The notes under the pieces are model-generated. The model searched no databases. It saw nothing but the letters and a program-made list of their open reading frames with translations, and was not told the origin of the DNA. From an uncultured Chloroflexia bacterium (lineage in GTDB: Bacteria > Chloroflexota > Limnocylindria > Limnocylindrales > CSP1-4): a stretch of DNA of 64,000 nucleotides. The position numbers and the translations under genes were made by a program. The DNA lies in assembly GCA_963777975.1 (NCBI GenBank), contig CAVZSO010000009.1:1481-65480 (forward strand), read 5' to 3'. Positions 58,712 through 64,000 of this stretch are shown here, piece after piece; position 1 is the stretch's first letter, and every line of letters begins with the position of its first letter.

Positions 58712-58869
58712 CCGGGCGCGTCTGCTACACCGACGCCTCGAGCGGCGATGCGGTCCTAGCCTGGAGCTATGTCGACGACGCGATCATGGTCCGGGCGGTC
58801 AACGAGCACGGCGACTCGAAAGCGTTGTACGACTTCTTCCTGAAGACCTCGACGTACATCGCCCCGTGA
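58712..58869 (+). pseudogene. 3' remnant of a kinase-associated extracellular module (5'-truncated)
   Basis: ...RVCYTDASSGDAVLAWSYVDDAIMVRAVNEHGDSKALYDFFLKTSTYIAP* aligns with the ends of the modules in the two downstream kinases (xxCYxD....I.WSY.D..L...A......LY/F.WW). The stop overlaps the GTG of kinase 1. Confidence 0.5.
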
Positions 58870-60850
58870 CGACGTCGCGTCCCGACTCGCGTCTCGGCAC
58901 GGACCTCGGGCCGTATCGCATCGAACGCGTCCTGGGGCGCGGCGGCATGGGCGTCGTCTACCTCGCCGAGCAGCGCGACCTGGGGCGAAAGGTGGCGCTC
59001 AAGCTGCTCGCTCCCGACTTCGCCGATGACGAGGCTCTTCGTGCTCGGTTCCTGCGCGAATCTCACCTGGCGGCCTCGATCGACCACGCGAACATCATCC
59101 CGATCTACGAGGCCGGTGAGGCCGATGGCACCTATTACCTCGCGATGCGCTACGTCGAGGGCACCGACCTCGACGACCGCCTGAAGGCCGGCCCGCTCGA
59201 CCCGGATCTCACGGTCGCACTGTTGGCACAGGTGGCGGGCGCCCTCGATGCTGCGCATGCCCAGGGTCTCGTCCATCGCGATGTGAAGCCCGCCAACCTC
59301 CTCCTCGCCGACGAGGGCGGCGAGGTCCCACACGTCTACCTGACCGACTTCGGGCTGACCAAGAAGCGCGCCAGCCAGTCGGGCCTGACGCGCGCAGGCT
59401 CGACCCTCGGCACGCTCGAATACATGGCGCCCGAACAGGTCGAGGGTAGGGAGGTCGACGCCCCGGCCGACGAATACGCCCTCGCCTGTGTCGCCTTCCA
59501 GTGCCTGACCGGACGGGTGCCATTCGTACGGGACTCGGACGTCGCTGTCGCCATGGCACATCTCCACGACCCGCCACCATCGGCGGTTGCGCTCCAGTCG
59601 GAGCTGCCGGCCGGCGTGGATGTGGTCCTGGCGCGCGGCATGGCCAAGGATCGGGAGGCTCGCTACGAGACCTGTGCGGCCCTTATGGCCGACCTGCGTC
59701 GCGCATTGGGTGGCGGCAAGATCACGACTCCGTCCGTGCCCGCCCAGCCGACCTCGCGTCGTCGCCCTCTGGCGATCGGCGCCGTGGTCGTCCTCGGTCT
59801 CCTCGCCATCGGCGGCCTGGTCCTGGGTCAGGCGACTCGGCGTGTTCGGGCCGGGTGCGTGGTCGCCTTCGGCACCGGCGCGGCGCCGCCCTGCAGCCGA
59901 CGAGCGGAATCGCGACGCCGGCATCGAGCGCGTTTCCGAACCCGGACGAAGCGGAGCTCATCGCGGCCCTGCCCGACGATCTTCCGGGACCTCTGCGGCG
60001 CGGGTCGATGGCAGACGTCAGCGGCGCGAGCGGAGCGTCGGGCCCACCCATCGCCAGCGTGACATGCACACAGGGAAACGACACCTTCCAGGCGAAGCGG
60101 CTCGACCCGAACATCGTGCGTCCGGACGAGGTCATCGCGCTCCGAGCCACAGAACGGGATCTACCGGCAGGCGACTGTGAGATCGCGGCACCAGCGATCG
60201 GGGCCTGGAAGCAGGGGAGCGAGAGATCGGATCGGCGACCTGCTATCAGGACGGCATCTCCGAGGTCATCGAGTGGAGCTACGAAGACCAGGACTTGCTG
60301 GTGCGCGCGGCGTTCCCATACATGGATGCGAAGTCGGTGGCGAGCTGGTGGCTCGATACCCGCGACCTCATCGGCCCCGACGCGGGCGAGGCGCCCTTCC
60401 CGAACACGGCCGAAGCAGCCCTCCTGAGCCGCATCCCGACCGACCTGCGCCAGGACTGCCATCGCGGTTCGTATGGCCCGATCGCCACCTCCATCTCTGT
60501 CAGACCGATCGCCAGCGTCGAATGCCCCCTGGACCCGGAGTCCGGAGCGAGCAGCTTCACGGTTCGGCAGATCAGTGCGTTCGATGCGCCGACCGCGAGC
60601 GAGGTCGTGGAGGCCATCACAGGTAGCTTGGGCGGTTGCCCACCGCCGGCCCGCGCCGACGGGCGCTGGTCGATCGGCGCACGCGATGTCGGCGCGATCG
60701 TCTGCTACTCCGACCAGCACCCGAGTCCCGTCATCGACTGGTCGTACGACTCCGACCAGATCCTCGCCGCGCGAGGCGGTCGGACGAGCGGCGAGACGTC
60801 CTCTTCCAATGGTGGGTCGCGAATGCGCCGAACTTCGCTCGAGCCCATGA
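58866..60850 (+). pseudogene. Hanks-type Ser/Thr protein kinase 1: kinase domain, one TM segment, and two tandem extracellular modules; frame changes in the ectodomain
   Basis: VTTSRPDSRLGTDLGPYRIERVLGRGGMGVVYLAEQ...VALK..., HRDVKPANLLL, DFGLTK, GTLEYMAPE, DREARY. TM segment RRRPLAIGAVVVLGLLAIGGLVLG. Module 1: FPNPDEAELIAALPDDL...TCYQDGISEVIEWSYEDQDLLVRAAF...SWWL. Module 2: [21 protein letters not shown]...IVCYSDQHPSPVIDWSYDSDQIL...LFQWWV. Confidence 0.8.
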
Positions 60851-62473
60851 CCACCAGCCGTCCCGACTCGCGCCTGGGCACCGACCTCGGACCGTATCGC
60901 ATCGAGCGGGTCCTGGGTCGTGGCGGTATGGGCGTCGTCTACCTCGCCGAGCAGCGCGAACTCGGGCGCAAGGTGGCCTTGAAGCTGCTGCCCGACGAGC
61001 TGGCGCAGGACGCCGACTTCCGAGCCCGCTTCGACCGCGAGTCGCACCTTGCGGCCTCGATCGACCACCCCAACATCATCCCGCTCTACGAGGCCGGCGA
61101 GATCGATGGCACGGCCTTCCTGGCGATGCGCTTCGTCGACGGCGTGGACCTCGCCAGTCGGCTCACGGACGGGCCGCTGGAACCGAGCGAGGCCGTCGGC
61201 GATCCTGGCCCAGGTCGCCGGTGCCCTCGATGCCGCGCACGCGCGCGGCCTCGTCCATCGCGACGTCAAGCCGGGCAACGTGCTCCTCGACCGGACGGCA
61301 CAGGGCGAGCACGCCTACCTGACCGACTTCGGGTTGACGAAGCAGACCGGCACCGAGTCCGGCCTGACCCGGATGGGCTCGTTCATGGGCACGCCGGCCT
61401 ACATGGCGCCCGAGCAGATCGAAGGCCGAGAGGTCGATGGACGGGCCGACCAGTACAGCCTCGCCTGCATGGCCTTCGAGCTGTTGACCGGCTCCGTGCC
61501 CTTCACCCGTGACCAGGAGTTCGCCGTCGCCATGGCCCACGTGCGCGATCGACCGCCGGCGCCGACGAGCCTGCGTCCGGAACTGCCGGCCGCCGTCGAT
61601 ATCGTCTTCGCCCAGGCGATGGCCAAGGACCGCGAGGCGCGATATTCGACCTGTTCCGCCTTCGTCGACGATCTGCGCTCGGCGCTCGGCGGCGGAGCGG
61701 TCATCGCTCGGCCGCTCTCCACGGAGCAGCGACGCCGAACCTCCCTCCTCGTGGCCGCCGTCCTGGGCCTTGGGCTGGTCGCCGTCGCGGGCGTGGCTTT
61801 GGCGTCGGGCCTCCTCGGTGGAGCAGGAAGCCCGTCACCACCGGCATCGGCTCCCCTGGCCGTCGCGCCCACTCCGGCGCCCACGGCTACCAGCTCGCCC
61901 ACGCCGGATCCCTCGATCTTCCCGAACACGGCGGAGGCAGCCCTCCTCGCAAAGCTGCCGGCGAACCTGACGTCGACGTGCGTCCGTGGCGGGGGCAAGG
62001 CGGACACCGCAGCAGCCGGATGGAATGGGCAGATCGTCGTATCGAGATCGGGCAACGCTCCGAACATCGTGAACAACTATGGACCGGTCCAGCCCGGCGC
62101 CCCCAAGGCGTCCCTGATCTGCACACCCGACGGCGGTCCGGATCAGCTCTACATACAGGAACTCCGACTGCCGTCGGGCACGGGCGACGTCGGCGGAGAG
62201 GCGGCATTCTCAGTGGCTGCACTCGCGACGCGCTACGCCATCAAGCCTGGCTCGTGCTCCAGCGGCGCCGAGGCCTCAACGACGTGGTCCGTCGGCGGCA
62301 GCAGCGTCCCCAGCGGCACGGTCGTGTGCATCCCGAAAGCGGGCTGGGACGGCGGGTCGTGGATCTACTGGTCCTTCGCGGGTGGCAACACGCTCGGCTT
62401 CGCCACCCGCAAGGACGCCGACTACGACGCCCTGTACCAGTGGTGGCAGAACCTGACGCTGTTCATCGAGTAG
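60847..62473 (+). pseudogene. Hanks-type Ser/Thr protein kinase 2: kinase domain, one TM segment, and one extracellular module; single frame change near 61200
   Basis: MTTSRPDSRLGTDLGPYRIERVLGRGGMGVVYLAEQ, HRDVKPGNVLL, DFGLTK, GTPAYMAPE. TM segment [21 protein letters not shown]. Then [22 protein letters not shown]...[50 protein letters not shown] followed by a stop. The 5' about 150 nt closely resembles that of kinase 1. Confidence 0.85.
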
Positions 62474-62529
62474 GCAGACCCTCGGCTCCGCTGCTCCCGG
62501 CCGGGCCCTCTGCTACGCTTCGGCCTCCG

Positions 62530-63978
62530 ATGATCGATCCCGCCACGCGCCCCCGCACGCTCGTCGAAAAGATCTGGGACGACCACGTCGTCATCGATGA
62601 GCCAGGCGCGCCGACCGTCCTCGCGGTCGACCTGCACCTCGTCCACGAGGTCACCAGCCCGCAGGCCTTCACCGGCCTTCGCGAGCGCGGCCTCAAGGTT
62701 CGACGCCCATCGCAGACCGTGGCCACGGCCGACCACTCCATCCCGACCCACGACCGATCGCTGCCCATCCTCGACCAGCAGGCGGCCTTCCAGGTCCAGC
62801 AACTGGAGCGCAACTGCGCCGAGTTCGGGATCCCGGCCTACACCATCGGCTCGACGCATCAGGGCATCGTCCATGTCATCGGTCCCGAGCTCGGGCTGAC
62901 GCAGCCGGGCATGACCATCGTCTGTGGTGACTCGCACACCGCCACGCACGGCGCCTTCGGGGCCCTCGCCTTCGGCATCGGGACCAGCGAGGTCGAGATG
63001 GTGCTGGCGACGCAGACGTTGCTGCAGCGCCGCCCGAAGACCTACGAGGTCCGCGTCGACGGCCGGCTGCGGCCCGGTGTCTCGGCCAAGGACATCATCC
63101 TTGCCCTCATCGCGCGCATCGGCATCGGCGGCGGCACCGGGCACGTCTTCGAGTACACCGGCGAGGCCATCCGAGCGCTCTCCATGGAGGAGCGCATGAC
63201 GGTCTGCAACATGAGCATCGAGGGTGGCGCCCGGGCCGGTCTCATCGCCCCCGACGAAACGACCTTCGCCTACATCGAGGGCCGGCGACATGCCCCGCAG
63301 GGGGCCGACTGGGCCGCCGCGGTCGAGCGCTGGCGTCGACTTCCCTCGGACGCCGGGGCGGCCTATGACGCCTCGATCGTCTTGGCGGCGGGCGACCTCG
63401 AGCCGATGGTCACGTACGGCACGAACCCGGGCATGGGCATCCCGATCACGGGCCACGTCCCCTCCCCGGACGAGCTGACCGAGCCCGCGCACCAGCGCGC
63501 GCTGGAGAAGGCGCTCGTCTACATGGACCTCCAGCCCGGGCAGTCCATCCTCGGCCAGAAGCTCGACGTCGTCTTCATCGGCTCGTGCACCAACTCGCGG
63601 ATCTCCGACCTGCGCCTGGCGGCCGCCGTGCTGCGCGACCGACACGTCGCCGACGGCTTGCGTGTGATGGTCGTGCCTGGCTCGCAGCAGGTGAAGGCAC
63701 AGGCCGAGGCCGAAGGTCTCGACGACGTCTTCCGTGCCGCTGGCGCCGAGTGGCGTGAGGCCGGCTGTTCGATGTGCATCGCCATGAACGGCGACCAGCT
63801 GGCGCCGGGCCAGTACGCCATCAGCACCAGCAACCGCAACTTCGAGGGTCGCCAGGGCAGAGGCGGTCGGACGTTCCTGGCCTCGCCGCTGACGGCCGCC
63901 GCTTCCGCGCTGCACGGCGTGGTGACCGACCCGCGGACGGTCATGGATACGAACCCGGCTGTGGTCGGAGGCCAGTGA
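62530..63978 (+). CDS. leuC: 3-isopropylmalate dehydratase large subunit
   Basis: Intact: [105 protein letters not shown], and [12 protein letters not shown]. Confidence 0.93.
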   Translation: MIDPATRPRTLVEKIWDDHVVIDEPGAPTVLAVDLHLVHEVTSPQAFTGLRERGLKVRRPSQTVATADHSIPTHDRSLPILDQQAAFQVQQLERNCAEFGIPAYTIGSTHQGIVHVIGPELGLTQPGMTIVCGDSHTATHGAFGALAFGIGTSEVEMVLATQTLLQRRPKTYEVRVDGRLRPGVSAKDIILALIARIGIGGGTGHVFEYTGEAIRALSMEERMTVCNMSIEGGARAGLIAPDETTFAYIEGRRHAPQGADWAAAVERWRRLPSDAGAAYDASIVLAAGDLEPMVTYGTNPGMGIPITGHVPSPDELTEPAHQRALEKALVYMDLQPGQSILGQKLDVVFIGSCTNSRISDLRLAAAVLRDRHVADGLRVMVVPGSQQVKAQAEAEGLDDVFRAAGAEWREAGCSMCIAMNGDQLAPGQYAISTSNRNFEGRQGRGGRTFLASPLTAAASALHGVVTDPRTVMDTNPAVVGGQ

Positions 63979-63980
63979 TC

Positions 63981-64000
63981 ATGTCGGGCTGGAGCCGCTG
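63981..64000 (+). CDS. leuD: Probable start of the 3-isopropylmalate dehydratase small subunit (truncated by the window end)
   Basis: ATG at 63981, 2 nt after the leuC stop. Only 20 nt are visible, so the call rests on the conserved leuC-leuD order. Confidence 0.35.

Noticed and set aside
58663-58869. 68-aa plus-strand ORF as a genuine small gene
   Set aside because: Its first third is merely the antisense of the tyrS fragment. Only the last 50 or so codons show homology, and that homology is to the kinase ectodomain module. It is a chimeric read-through across the breakpoint.

Overview
High-GC (about 70-75% by eye) chromosomal window from an Actinomycetota-type genome. The taxon call rests on the 16S sequence, the 23S domain-III insertion, an ITS without tRNAs, and the gene content.

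Content:
- One complete rRNA operon on the minus strand: 16S at about 56281-57800, 23S at about 52757-55960, 5S at about 52549-52667. Two sigma-70-like promoters lie upstream and a short hairpin plus T-tract lies downstream.
- About 60 protein-coding loci. Most are ordinary metabolism and envelope functions: DsbA/VKOR, SDR, fructosamine kinase, LMW-PTP, thiolase, psuK-psuG, msrA, an ABC1 kinase, a DrrAB-like ABC exporter, DAHP synthase, acyl-CoA dehydrogenase, FAD oxidases, a carboxyltransferase, rhodanese, a PQQ sugar dehydrogenase, an OmpR/His-kinase pair, GT39-like and GT-C-like membrane proteins, GNAT, P450, cystathionine beta-synthase plus a gamma-synthase/lyase, SPFH, an ECF sigma factor, an MBL hydrolase, two Hanks kinases, and leuC/leuD.

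Sequence quality: roughly half of the recognisable genes can only be rebuilt by hopping between reading frames. These disrupted genes sit in blocks that alternate with completely clean blocks. I call disrupted loci pseudogene 'as assembled'. Sequencing or assembly indels are an equally good explanation.

Most interesting observations:
1. A tight, frame-intact four-gene operon at 33828-37028. It encodes a winged-helix-like domain, a Pro/Glu linker and a McrB/AAA_5-type ATPase in one protein, followed by a minimal HExxH protein and two small unknowns. No recognisable nuclease partner is present.
2. An SPFH / NAD-kinase-like / NadM-like nucleotidyltransferase / GT-C-like membrane protein operon at 42014-45734.
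3. A 219-nt nested inverted-repeat element at 45795-46013, abutting the SPFH promoter.
4. Tandem Ser/Thr kinases carrying a repeated, unrecognised Cys/Trp-containing extracellular module at 58712-62473.
5. A breakpoint near 58711 where a 5'-truncated tyrS meets a 5'-truncated copy of that module, together with an apparent compositional shift.
6. A ydaO-type (c-di-AMP) riboswitch candidate upstream of an NlpC/P60 hydrolase.

All homology statements come from reading motifs by eye. No database search was run.
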